A stretch of DNA of 64,000 nt from Planctomycetota bacterium (lineage in GTDB: Bacteria > Planctomycetota > UBA11346): NCBI GenBank assembly GCA_038213805.1, contig JBBQSO010000003.1, positions 1 through 64,000 on the forward strand. The letters are read 5' to 3'. The position numbers and the translations under genes were made by a program. Position 1 is the first letter of the stretch; every line of letters begins with the position of its first letter. Below are positions 49,751 through 59,433 of this stretch, piece by piece. The notes under the pieces were generated by a model. That model searched no databases, was not told the DNA's origin, and worked only from the letters and a program-made list of their open reading frames with translations.

Positions 49751-51178
49751 ATGAGACACTCCCCCGCGCGCTCCGCCTTCACCCTGATCGAGATGATGAT
49801 CGCGATCGCCCTGGGCCTGGTGATCATTTATGTCGCGGTCGCCGGCGTGCGCACGGCGTCGCAGACCATCTCCGTGGCCAACCGCCTGTCGCTCGAGAAC
49901 AGCCTGCTGCGCTCCGGCTACTACGCGGCGCAGGAGCAGCTCGACTTCTGGACCAACCTCGACGATCCGACCCGGCCGGACGCGGAGCGCCCCCTGACGC
50001 GCATCACCAGCGGCCACGGCATGCCCTTCACCTCGATGAACGCCCTGCGCGATGCCGGGGAGTGGCCGCATCAGGGCACGGTGCCGCGCTTCCCGAGCAG
50101 CGGCGGATTCTGCCAGATCATGCCGCGTCCGCCGGAGACCAGCTCCGCCGACGGCGTCGCCGAGGCGCACCCGCCGGCGAGCACCACGGGCTGGGAGGAG
50201 GACCAGGGCTGGGACCCGACCGTTTCCTGGTCGCCGCACGACCCGCGCACCTGGACGCGGGCCAACCTGGCGGAGAAGTGGATCAAGCCGGAGGACTACG
50301 CCTGTCCTGGGGTGCTGCCACCGGTCATGTTCGGGCGCTACGCGCTGTTCGCCTATACCGGCACGCCGGGTGCTCTCATGCCGTTTACGATCAAGGCCGA
50401 CACCAACGTCGCAGCCCCGGCAGATCCCGCCGCCGCTGCCGCGGCGATCAGCGTCACCTATACCGGCTACCCCACCGACACCGTCCACCACTGGTATTAC
50501 CGGCAGGCGAAGGCCCTGAGCAAGGCGATGGGCTATGCCGCGTTCTGCGAATACCTGCCACCGAATGCGATCTACACCTGGTACACCGACAGCAGCGACC
50601 AGCAGCTGACCGCCGGCGGCATCGACCGGCTGTGCGTCGAGGCAGGGAACGATTTCTGCAACGGCGATGGTGGGCAGGTCTCCTCGCGCGGGATCTACCG
50701 CCAGACCTACCAGACCTCGTTCGGATACATCAACCCGCTCGCGCCATCGGACTATAACGGCGGCACGGGTGGCACGGTCGCGGATGCCGATCTGGCCTGG
50801 TGGTATTACAAGCACTTCGACACCGACTACACCGCGATGAAGCCGAACACGAATCCACTCGCTACCTGGGACGGCGTGCGCGAGCTGAAGTGGTTCCTCG
50901 GCCACCTGAATTTCCCGCAGCGCCAACTGGTGCTGCGCCCGAGCCAGTGGCCCGACGTGCAGGTGTCAGTGGGCCGCTTCATCAAAAACGGCCGCCATCT
51001 GGCGATGGCCAAGGTCCGGCGCGTGGCACCGCTCACCGGCGAGGTCATCGAATTGACCTGGAGCGGCCTGGGCACCACCCTGCGCGGCGCCCGCCAGCAG
51101 CGCCTGCGTGCCGGTGGCGGCTGGGCGCGCTGGGACAACGGCGGCGCGACCATCGACCCCAACCTCGACACCCCATGA
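49751..51178 (+). CDS. Large (475 aa) type IV prepilin-like protein, PilW/GspJ-like
   Basis: MRHSPARSA|FTLIEMMIAIALGLVII class III signal with Glu5. Confidence 0.85.
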   Translation: MRHSPARSAFTLIEMMIAIALGLVIIYVAVAGVRTASQTISVANRLSLENSLLRSGYYAAQEQLDFWTNLDDPTRPDAERPLTRITSGHGMPFTSMNALRDAGEWPHQGTVPRFPSSGGFCQIMPRPPETSSADGVAEAHPPASTTGWEEDQGWDPTVSWSPHDPRTWTRANLAEKWIKPEDYACPGVLPPVMFGRYALFAYTGTPGALMPFTIKADTNVAAPADPAAAAAAISVTYTGYPTDTVHHWYYRQAKALSKAMGYAAFCEYLPPNAIYTWYTDSSDQQLTAGGIDRLCVEAGNDFCNGDGGQVSSRGIYRQTYQTSFGYINPLAPSDYNGGTGGTVADADLAWWYYKHFDTDYTAMKPNTNPLATWDGVRELKWFLGHLNFPQRQLVLRPSQWPDVQVSVGRFIKNGRHLAMAKVRRVAPLTGEVIELTWSGLGTTLRGARQQRLRAGGGWARWDNGGATIDPNLDTP

Positions 51179-52278
51179 AGACGACCATGCAGCCAACCCG
51201 CAACGGCACCGTTCTGATCGTCGTCGCCGGCGTCTCGGCGCTGCTCGCCTCGCTCGCACTGACCTTCCTGGTGCGCATGCGCGGTGACGTCGAGGAGTCG
51301 GAGCAGCTGATACGCTATGCCCAGGCCAAGTTGATGCTTGCCGCTGCCTGCAACTACGTGCAGGAGGCCTCGCGCATGGGCTGGAGCCCGTACAGCGCCA
51401 ATCCACGCAAGGATCCGATTTCTCGCCGGCCGCCGCGCATCAGCCCCGACAGCGCCACCACGTCGTACCACGAGGAGGCGTTCGGGTGGATCGACGTGCG
51501 CGATGGCAGCACCGGTCCGAAGAACCGCCGGCACCAGGGCACCCCGGACGTCGATCCCGCCAACATCTGGTTCTCGCCCGCAACCGAACGCGACCGGCGC
51601 CGCACGGGAGGTACCCGTCCGGGCTGGCCGGAGGTCGGCAGCATCGCGCGCTGCCCGATGTATGGCATGGTGCGCCCGCCCTACGCCGTGCAGCTCACCG
51701 CCGCCTACAATCCGATGTCCACGACCTCAGCCGACCCCAACGTGTTCTGCTATCCGCTGCTGACCAATCCCGATCCGCAGCCGGTGGTGGCCAATGGCTG
51801 GCGGGGCGCCGCCTCGGCGGCCACGGTGAGTGGCACCAACTACGCGCAGTTCGAGGAGGGCGACCGCGCGCCGCTGGCGCGTACCACCGGCAGGTCGTGG
51901 TTCCGCGTGCTGCGGGACGGGCCGGCGACCTTCGTGCTGACCTGCGGTGGCGGCGCGAGCATGGGCTTCCGCGACTGGCAAGAGGTCGAGGATCTCGACC
52001 AGACCGCGATCTTCGGCGGCGATCAGCAGGCTTTCGAGACGGCGGCGGCCAGCGAGGTGCGCCTGTGGTACCGCATCGAATGGTCGGCCGCGGTGATGGA
52101 GACCACCTACCACAACCTCGAACACGAGATCATCCGCAACATCGAGCACTACGAATCGTGGCCGGCCAATTCCAGCCAGAGCTGGGTGTTCTCACGGCGC
52201 ACCCAGACCTGGGCGAAGAACCCGGTCGGGACGATCCGCTGGATCCAGCGTCTGGTGACGGCACCGACCTATTGGTGA
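51175..52278 (+). CDS. PilX/GspK-like prepilin (367 aa, lacks Glu5)
   Basis: RNG|TVLIVVAGVSALLASLALTFL...AQA...AA; ATGA overlap with the preceding stop. Confidence 0.75.
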   Translation: MKTTMQPTRNGTVLIVVAGVSALLASLALTFLVRMRGDVEESEQLIRYAQAKLMLAAACNYVQEASRMGWSPYSANPRKDPISRRPPRISPDSATTSYHEEAFGWIDVRDGSTGPKNRRHQGTPDVDPANIWFSPATERDRRRTGGTRPGWPEVGSIARCPMYGMVRPPYAVQLTAAYNPMSTTSADPNVFCYPLLTNPDPQPVVANGWRGAASAATVSGTNYAQFEEGDRAPLARTTGRSWFRVLRDGPATFVLTCGGGASMGFRDWQEVEDLDQTAIFGGDQQAFETAAASEVRLWYRIEWSAAVMETTYHNLEHEIIRNIEHYESWPANSSQSWVFSRRTQTWAKNPVGTIRWIQRLVTAPTYW

Positions 52279-52415
52279 ACGGGGAGCGGTGGCAGTCGAG
52301 CGGCGGAGTGCGAAGTGCTGAGACCAATTCACCCAACGCGCGACGTCGCAGATGCCTACCAGAGCGATTCACGCAATGCCTGAAGTCCTGGCGGGGGCCT
52401 CCGTCGACTTCCTGA

Positions 52416-53417
52416 TCAGCGGACCTTGGCGAGACGCTCAGACCCGCTCGGCGCCTTGCGCTGAAAGGGGCCGGTGACCGGGTCGAGACCGGTGTAGTTG
52501 GAGGGCGCGGCGCGGCTGACCAGCGGCACCCACAGGCGGTCGAGGCGCGCGTGTACCCAGCCGACCAGGCCGGGGAAGGGCGCGTAGAGGCAGGCGATAG
52601 CCGCCTCGCGCAGGCGCATGCGCCGGGCGCTGGGCGCGGCGGCCTGGGCATCGAGCTGGTGCATGGCGATCAGCGCCATGGTGAGCTGGGCGATGCGGAA
52701 GCGCACCTGGCTGGGCGACTGGCCCTGCAGGAAGGGCAGCAGCTGCGGATTGCGCTCGGCGTCCTCGAGGAAGTCGAGGACCAGCCGGTGCTCGTGGCGC
52801 AAGCGGTCGTCGACGTTGTCGGGCCCGAGGTACTCGCGAAACACCGAGTTGAAGAAGCCATTGCGGATGCCGTTCGAGCTCGGCCCGCGGCGCGGGTCAG
52901 GAGCGGCGATCTGCTTGCACCGCGCGACCTCGCCGGAGAGGTCCTCCCAGCCCTCGTCGGCGCCTTCCGGGCGCATCAGTGAGCGCAGGCGGCCGCTGAA
53001 GCGCGCCGCCATCTCAGGCGGCACCGGGAAGCTGGGCGCGTTGCGGCCGAAGGTGAAACCCCCGCACAGACGGTCTGCAGCAGCGGCGTCGAGCAGGCGG
53101 ATCTGCTCAAGGTCGATCTCCGGATCGAGGCGCGACAGCAACTTCCACGTCACGCGATAGAAGCCGATGACCAGGATCTGCAGTTCGGCGGCATCGACCG
53201 GCTGGGCGGCGCGGATGGTGTGCATCGCCGCGACGAAGGCGAGCGACACCGGGACGCCGGGATGGCGGGCGACTTCGGCGCGGATGCGTGCCAGCGGGCC
53301 GGCGTAGTCGCCGCGGTCGATCAGCTCGATGGTCCGGCGCAGCCGCTCGTTGGGCAGCGCACCGGTGATCATCGGCAGGGTGATGGCCTGTTCGACCTCG
53401 CTGAGCATGTCATCCAT
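52416..53417 (-). CDS. Hypothetical protein (333 aa)
   Basis: Long ORF with host-like codon usage; no motif recognised. Confidence 0.7.
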   Translation of the reverse strand: MDDMLSEVEQAITLPMITGALPNERLRRTIELIDRGDYAGPLARIRAEVARHPGVPVSLAFVAAMHTIRAAQPVDAAELQILVIGFYRVTWKLLSRLDPEIDLEQIRLLDAAAADRLCGGFTFGRNAPSFPVPPEMAARFSGRLRSLMRPEGADEGWEDLSGEVARCKQIAAPDPRRGPSSNGIRNGFFNSVFREYLGPDNVDDRLRHEHRLVLDFLEDAERNPQLLPFLQGQSPSQVRFRIAQLTMALIAMHQLDAQAAAPSARRMRLREAAIACLYAPFPGLVGWVHARLDRLWVPLVSRAAPSNYTGLDPVTGPFQRKAPSGSERLAKVR

Positions 53418-53663
53418 GACGGTCTCGCTGGGACGGGGGTGGGAACGGACCGGTCAGGTGAAATGAAGGTGCCTAGCTTTTGGCCACCCCGCAATGCTGT
53501 GTAGCGATACACCCGGGAGCGGGTGGAAGGTGTAGATGGCCGGTCCGTTTCGTCAACGACGTTCGTCGGGACCATGACGTGCCGGAACCGCACTTCATCA
53601 AGACTTTATGGCACTGAGATCAACCGATAAGATCTTCTGTCAACGAGACTTCTAGACTCGCCG

Positions 53664-54506
53664 CTACGCCAACCCACCCGCGAAGAGCACCGCCAGATCG
53701 TCAGGCTGCTGGCGGATGCCGAACCAGAAGGGTCCGAACTCGGCATAGAGCGAACTCGCCGGATCGAAGCGCATTTCGCTGATGAGCTTCTTGAATACCA
53801 GCGGCTGATCGGCGTGCAGGCTGACGCCCCACTCCCAGTCGTCGAACCCGATCGAGCCGCCGATCACCTGCACCACCTCGCGGTGATACTTGTGGCCGAT
53901 GCGGCCGTGGCCACGCATCAGGCTGCGGCGCTCCTCGGGGCGCAGCGCATACCAGTTGTGCGTGTCGCCGCGGCGCTTGCTCATCGGGTAGAAGCACAGG
54001 TAGCGGTTTTCGGGGATGAAGCGGAAGACCCGCGACTCGAGCGCCTTGCGCTGCGCCGCCATTTCGACCTCGAAGGCCTCGCCGTATTCCGCAGATCCGG
54101 CGACGAGGCCGCGGTCGGCGACCTTATGCTGGGCGATCGCGGTCGCCTCGTTCAGGCTGGCCTCGATCACCGAGAAGTAGGAATAGACCGGCTTGAGGAA
54201 CTGGAACAGGCGCAGGCGCTTGAACGAGCGCTCGGTGCGATTGAGGGCGTCGACGTTCTTGCGGTAGTGGATCAGCATCAGGTCGCCCTTCTGCCCGAGC
54301 AGGCTGTAGAGCGCCGAGTGCAGCTGCCCCACCCCGGTCTCGTCCTGCAGCCAGCCGACCGCCTCGGTGATGATCGCGCTGCGCTCCTGCGGGGCCTGGG
54401 CGAGCCAGTACGGCCACATCACCGCATAAGCGTCATGCAGGACGAAGTGCCCTTCGATGGTTTGCGGGGCATCGGAGGCGGATGTTGCTGCGGGATGTTC
54501 TGCCAT
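53664..54506 (-). CDS. hemQ: Coproheme decarboxylase ChdC/HemQ (chlorite dismutase family)
   Basis: APQT.EG..VLHD, YS..GQK.DLM, FYPMSKRR....NWY, HG.IG, GSIGFDDWEWGV, MRFD.AS..YAEFG.F. Confidence 0.85.
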   Translation of the reverse strand: MAEHPAATSASDAPQTIEGHFVLHDAYAVMWPYWLAQAPQERSAIITEAVGWLQDETGVGQLHSALYSLLGQKGDLMLIHYRKNVDALNRTERSFKRLRLFQFLKPVYSYFSVIEASLNEATAIAQHKVADRGLVAGSAEYGEAFEVEMAAQRKALESRVFRFIPENRYLCFYPMSKRRGDTHNWYALRPEERRSLMRGHGRIGHKYHREVVQVIGGSIGFDDWEWGVSLHADQPLVFKKLISEMRFDPASSLYAEFGPFWFGIRQQPDDLAVLFAGGLA

Positions 54507-54590
54507 GGGGATGATCCTGGTGCCAGTATCCGCCACCGGGGCGGCCGGGGGAAGACCTTGGCAGCCAACCTGCGACGGGGAAGCGGCTTG

Positions 54591-57305
54591 TCAGCGCTTC
54601 TTGGCGGGGCTGCGCTTGGGCTTGTCCTCGTCCTTCTCGACGGCCTTCTCGACCCACTTGCCGTCGACATGGAACGAGGTCCAGCCGCTCGGCTCGCCGT
54701 CATGCTCGCTGGCAAGGTAGTGCTCGCGGGTCTTGCGGCTGAAGCGGATCATCACCGGACGGCCCTGAGGATCAGTAGCGGGGGCGTCGGCGAGGTAGAG
54801 GAACTTGGGATCGAGTTCGCTGCGGTGGCGCGCGAGGTCGGCGACCGCGGGCGCGCGCGTCTCGCGCACCTTGGGGTAGAGGTTCGACGCCAGGAACACG
54901 CCGAGCGCACCGTCGCGCAGCACGAAGTGGCCACCCTTGGTGCAGGCCAGTTCGGGCATGTGCACCGGGGGCGCCTTGGGCGGCGCGGCCTGGCCGCTGC
55001 GCAGCAGCTTGCGCGTGTTGGCGCATTCCGGGTAGCGCGTGCAGGCGAAGTACTTGCCGAAGCGCCCGACGCGCAGCTGCATGGTCGCCCCGCACTTGTC
55101 GCAGGGGATGACCGGGCCTTCGTAGCCCTTGAGCTTGAACTGGCCTGCCTCCACGAACACGCCCGCGCAGTCGGGGTTGTTGCCGCAGATGTGCAGCTTG
55201 CGGTGCTCGTCGACCAGCCACGCGTCCATGGCGGTGGCGCAGATCGGGCAGCGCTTCTTCTCAAGCACCTCGCGCGCGTCGCCCTCGGCGGCCTCGTCCT
55301 CGCCGTCCTTGGCGGCGACCGCGATGGCCTCCTCGCCGGGGACGAGGTTGAGGGTGCCGGTGCAGCGGCCCTCCTTCAGCGGCAGGTTGTACCCGGTGCA
55401 GCTCAGGAACACGCCGGTGCGGCCGGTGCGGATGGCCATCGGCCGGCCGCACTTCGCGCAGGCGATCGGCGTCGGCACCGGTTCGTTGGTGCGCATCGCG
55501 GCGCTGGCGCCCTCGAGCTTGGCCTTGAAGCCCTTGTAGAAGTCGTCGAGCACAGTCTTCCACTCGGACTTGTGCTCGGCGATCTCGTCGAGGTCTTCCT
55601 CCATGCCGGCGGTGAAGCCGTAGTCCATCAGGTCGGGGAAACTCTCGGTGAGGCGGCCGGTGACGATGTCGCCGAGCTTCTCGGCGTAGAAGCGGCGGTT
55701 GGCGAGCTTAACGTAGCCGCGTTCCTGGATGGTCGAGGTGATCGCCGCGTAGGTCGACGGGCGGCCGATGCTGCGGCTCTCGAGTTCCTTCACCAGGCTG
55801 GCTTCGCTGTAGCGGGGCGGCGGCTTGGTGAAGTGCTGGCTGGGATCGAGCATGACCAACTGCAGCACCTGGCCGACCTGCACCGAGGGCAGTTCGGCGT
55901 CAAGCTGCTTGGCCGGCGGCTGGACCTTCTGGAAGCCGTCGAAGCGCAGCACGCGGCCGCTCGCGTTCAGCTCGTGGGCGGCCGCGGCGATGGTGATGCT
56001 GGTGGTGTCGAACTCGGCCGGCGGCATCTGACAGGCGACGAACTGGCGCCAAATAAGGTCGTAGAGGCGCGCCTCGTCGTTTTCGAGCCCGGCGATCTCA
56101 CGCGTAGCGACGTCGGTCGGGCGGATCGCCTCGTGGGCTTCCTGGGCGCCGGCCTTCGATTTGTAGCGGACCGCGTTCGCGGGCACGTAGCGCGGGCCGA
56201 ACTGGGTGCCGATCAGCGCGCGGCAGGCGGCGACCGCCTCGGCGCTGAGGTTGACCGAATCGGTACGCATGTAGGTGATGTGGCCGGCCTCGTACAGGCG
56301 CTGCGCCAGGGTCATGGTCTTCTTGACCGAGAAGCTGAGTCGGACCGAGGCCGCCTGCTGCAGGGTCGAGGTGATATAGGGTGCGGTCGGGAAGGCGCGT
56401 GCGGGCTTGTCGTCGCGCTCGGCGACGGTGTAGGTGGCGCCCTTCAGCGCGGCCAGCGCGGCGTCGATGTGCGCCTTCGTGGTCGGCTCAAAGGGCGCGC
56501 CCCTGGCCTTCACCACCTTGGCGCGCAGCGGCGCGGGGCTGGTGAGGTCGGCGTGCAGCTCCCAATACTCGACGGGGATGAAGGCGCGGATCGCGCGTTC
56601 GCGTTCGACCACCAGGCGCACCGCCACCGACTGCACGCGGCCAGCGGAGAGGCCGCGTGCGACCTTGGCCCACAGCAGTGGGCTGACCATGAAGCCGACC
56701 ACGCGGTCGAGGAAGCGCCGCGCCTGCTGGGCGTGCACGCCGTCGAGATCGAGTTCACCCGATTTCGAGAAGGCCTCCTGGATCGCCGTCTGGGTGATCT
56801 CCGAGAAGGTCACGCGCTTGAAGACCTTGGGCGTCCCGCTGGTGGCGTCGGTCAGCACCTCGCGCAGGTGCCAGGCGATGGCCTCGCCCTCGCGGTCACG
56901 GTCGGTCGCCAGATAGATGGTGTCGGCCTCGGCGGCGTATTCCTGGAGTTCCTTCAGCACCTTCTGCTTGCCGGGCAGGATCTCGTAGCGCGCCTCCCAG
57001 CCGTGCTCGGGATCGACGCCCATGCGCCGCACCAGGGCGGTCTGGGCCTTGGCGGCCTTGGCGATGACTTTGTCCTCGGGCGAGAGTTTCGAGGCGCGCG
57101 CCGCCTTGGCCGCTGCCTGCAGCTTCTTCAATTTCTCAGCCTTCTTCTCCTCTTCGGTCTTGCCCTCGTCCTCCTCGCTTTCGCTGCCCGAGGGCAGGTC
57201 GCGGATGTGGCCGTAGCTGGATTTGACGATGAAGTTCTTCCCCAAGTACTTGTTGATGGTCTTGGCCTTGGCAGGCGACTCGACGATGACCAGGGAACGG
57301 CCCAT
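54591..57305 (-). CDS. topA: DNA topoisomerase I
   Basis: LVIVESPAKAKTI, ATD.DREGEAIAWH, SAGRVQS, ITYMRTDS, AQEAHEAIRPT, GRPSTY, C-terminal Zn ribbons. Confidence 0.97.
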   Translation of the reverse strand: MGRSLVIVESPAKAKTINKYLGKNFIVKSSYGHIRDLPSGSESEEDEGKTEEEKKAEKLKKLQAAAKAARASKLSPEDKVIAKAAKAQTALVRRMGVDPEHGWEARYEILPGKQKVLKELQEYAAEADTIYLATDRDREGEAIAWHLREVLTDATSGTPKVFKRVTFSEITQTAIQEAFSKSGELDLDGVHAQQARRFLDRVVGFMVSPLLWAKVARGLSAGRVQSVAVRLVVERERAIRAFIPVEYWELHADLTSPAPLRAKVVKARGAPFEPTTKAHIDAALAALKGATYTVAERDDKPARAFPTAPYITSTLQQAASVRLSFSVKKTMTLAQRLYEAGHITYMRTDSVNLSAEAVAACRALIGTQFGPRYVPANAVRYKSKAGAQEAHEAIRPTDVATREIAGLENDEARLYDLIWRQFVACQMPPAEFDTTSITIAAAAHELNASGRVLRFDGFQKVQPPAKQLDAELPSVQVGQVLQLVMLDPSQHFTKPPPRYSEASLVKELESRSIGRPSTYAAITSTIQERGYVKLANRRFYAEKLGDIVTGRLTESFPDLMDYGFTAGMEEDLDEIAEHKSEWKTVLDDFYKGFKAKLEGASAAMRTNEPVPTPIACAKCGRPMAIRTGRTGVFLSCTGYNLPLKEGRCTGTLNLVPGEEAIAVAAKDGEDEAAEGDAREVLEKKRCPICATAMDAWLVDEHRKLHICGNNPDCAGVFVEAGQFKLKGYEGPVIPCDKCGATMQLRVGRFGKYFACTRYPECANTRKLLRSGQAAPPKAPPVHMPELACTKGGHFVLRDGALGVFLASNLYPKVRETRAPAVADLARHRSELDPKFLYLADAPATDPQGRPVMIRFSRKTREHYLASEHDGEPSGWTSFHVDGKWVEKAVEKDEDKPKRSPAKKR

Positions 57306-57335
57306 ACGCTTCCTTCGGCAGAGTGACAGCGGGGA

Positions 57336-57365
57336 GGTATATGTGAGGCGGACCCCTGCGGTCAA
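57336..57365 (-). promoter_or_regulatory. Candidate sigma70 promoter of topA
   Basis: Minus strand TTGACC-N18-TATACC. Confidence 0.45.
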
Positions 57366-57409
57366 GTGGCTAGGGGGAAAGGGCCCTTGGGCTGACCGCG
57401 CGCTGCGGA

Positions 57410-57553
57410 GCGCCCAGCGGGGTAGGCGACAAGCCCATGGAAGCGCCTGCCATCACGCTGGTAACGGCATCGCGGACAGGACTCTCCGGAGCCGGTCCAA
57501 TCCCCTTCCGGAACGCCTTGCCGAAGGTTCTGTCGCCGTGGACTCCCCGGTGC
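57410..57553 (-). ncRNA. Candidate structured non-coding RNA
   Basis: Nested stems in a 560-bp intergenic gap; G.U pairs favour the minus strand. Family not recognised. Confidence 0.35.
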
Positions 57554-57867
57554 ATCCATGGTTCCTCGCGTGCGCCCGCCCCCCTTTAACATGGCAGCAC
57601 TCGGGTCCGGGCGGCGCAGCCGCGGTTGGCGAGCAGCGGCCTCGTGCGTCTCGCGCCCAGCGACTTGAGCATTGTGGCACGTGGTTACGTGTTCTGTCAT
57701 CTGCGATGAGCGTCTGTGCTCTCACGGTAATGCACGACCACGCGCCACCTCACCTTCGGACGTCTTGCGCGCACTCCGCACCCCGCACCTCCCAACTCGT
57801 CTTCCCACGATCTTCACACCCCCGCGCCCGAACTGGCGTGGCGGTGCCGCTCCGCCACGCTGCGCCC

Positions 57868-59118
57868 ATGCCCACGCCCGCCGCACTGGTCGACGCCCAC
57901 CTGCTCCCCGAGCTGGCAGCGCTGCGCGCGGTCGATCCCGCCAGCGCGGACGAGCGCGTGCGGCGGATGAGCGTCGACACCAGCGCGTTCCTGCGCGGCA
58001 GCTTGCGCCTGCATGGACATTGGGTGCTCGCCGAATGCGGCATCGTCGGACCATGGGTGTGGGCGGTCGGGGATGCCCACCAGGCCAACTTCGCGACCCT
58101 CGCCAATGGCCCGGTCAACCGCCACGGCGTGATTCCCGTGACCTACGGCATCAGCGATGTGGACGACGAGCTGCCCACGCCCTGGCGCTGGGATGCGCTG
58201 CGCCTGCTCGCGAGCTTGGCGGTGGCGCGGCCAGGCCTGCGCCCCGCGGATCTCGGCATCCTGTGTGCGACCTTCCTGGCCCACTACGTGCGCACCCTTG
58301 AGCGCCTCGCCGAGGACGACGCGCTGGCCCTGCGCATCGACCGCACCGGACTGCCGGAGGCGCTGCACAGCCTCATCGATCACGATAGCGATCCGGAATA
58401 CCGCGCGCGCCGGGTCGCGCGCCACCTCGACGACGGTGGAGCGCGACCGCGCCTGCGCCTGGGTCCCGGGCTGGTCGCCGACCAGGAGACCGCGGCGTGG
58501 TTGCCGGGGGCGCTTGAACAGCTGTGGGAAGGAATGGCGAACCTGCCCAAAGTGCGCGTCCTGGAAGTCGCGCGGAGGCTGAACAGCGGCGGCATCTCCT
58601 CGCTCGGCCGGCGACGCTGGCTGGCGCTGATCCGTGAGCAACCGCGCGGCGAGCGGCACCTGCGCGTGATCGAGATCAAGGAGCGCCCGCCGAGCGCGCT
58701 GACCACCTTGCTCACGGTCTCGCCGTTCGCCCCGCGGTCGGGGCGGCGCGGGCCGCTGACCCTGGCGATGGGTGGCGATCCCTATCAGGGCGTGCTGTGC
58801 ACCGCCCCGGCGACCTACCTGGTGCGCACGCGCTGCCATACGCGCAGCACCCTCGACCTCAACGCGCTCGATGGTGGCGACCTGCGCCGCCTCGCCGAGC
58901 TGTGGGGCCAGCTGCTCGCCGACTTCCACGTGCGCGGCCTGCGCGCGCTGGGTGCAGCCACACCGGCGCAACTGACTGCGCTGGCCGCAGACGCCACCGC
59001 GGCGCGAAAGGCGCTACCCGACCAGGCGCGGGCCTTGGCGGCGTTCAACACCCGGGCCATGGCGGCCTTCCTGAAGGCCGCGCCCGGTCTGGGCAAGACC
59101 CGGCCGATCAAGCGCTGA
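57868..59118 (+). CDS. DUF2252-family protein (kinase-like fold)
   Basis: R..RM.....AFLRGS, GDAHQANF, DVDDE, WD..RL.AS, GISSLG, EIKE, YLVR. Confidence 0.75.
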   Translation: MPTPAALVDAHLLPELAALRAVDPASADERVRRMSVDTSAFLRGSLRLHGHWVLAECGIVGPWVWAVGDAHQANFATLANGPVNRHGVIPVTYGISDVDDELPTPWRWDALRLLASLAVARPGLRPADLGILCATFLAHYVRTLERLAEDDALALRIDRTGLPEALHSLIDHDSDPEYRARRVARHLDDGGARPRLRLGPGLVADQETAAWLPGALEQLWEGMANLPKVRVLEVARRLNSGGISSLGRRRWLALIREQPRGERHLRVIEIKERPPSALTTLLTVSPFAPRSGRRGPLTLAMGGDPYQGVLCTAPATYLVRTRCHTRSTLDLNALDGGDLRRLAELWGQLLADFHVRGLRALGAATPAQLTALAADATAARKALPDQARALAAFNTRAMAAFLKAAPGLGKTRPIKR

Positions 59119-59433
59119 CCCAAGTCGATCCCTGAAGATCCGGGATTTTTACCGCCAAGACGCCAGAGTCCGCGGGAATCACGGCACGGGAAGAGCGCTG
59201 ATGCAAGGAAAGGTCTGCGAGGACACATATACCCAGGGTTGCTCACCTGGCGCGCTCCATTCTTGACGTCGTGGCACTGAAAATCCCTGGAGCCGCCGCA
59301 GCGCCGTCTCCACCCATGGAACGCGGCCGACACGGTGTAAGCCCAGCCGCCAACGCGCGTCAGCTACCTTCCGTATCATCGGCACGGAACGGCGCTTGAG
59401 CCGGACCAGCCCGCCCATCACCCTGCCTTACCC

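Noticed and set aside
53814..57326. 1170-aa plus-strand ORF and other long antisense ORFs (e.g. 1709-3754, 39328-41556, 41565-43751, 59428-61536)
   Set aside because: Shadow ORFs opposite well-identified genes, as expected in high-GC DNA; no motifs.
57674..57690. TGGCACG as a sigma54 promoter (also 53609, 59272, 59380)
   Set aside because: No GC at the -12 position with correct spacing.
59119..59433. Riboswitch upstream of the RND gene
   Set aside because: No conserved riboswitch core recognised; only a weak terminator-like hairpin near 59128-59150.
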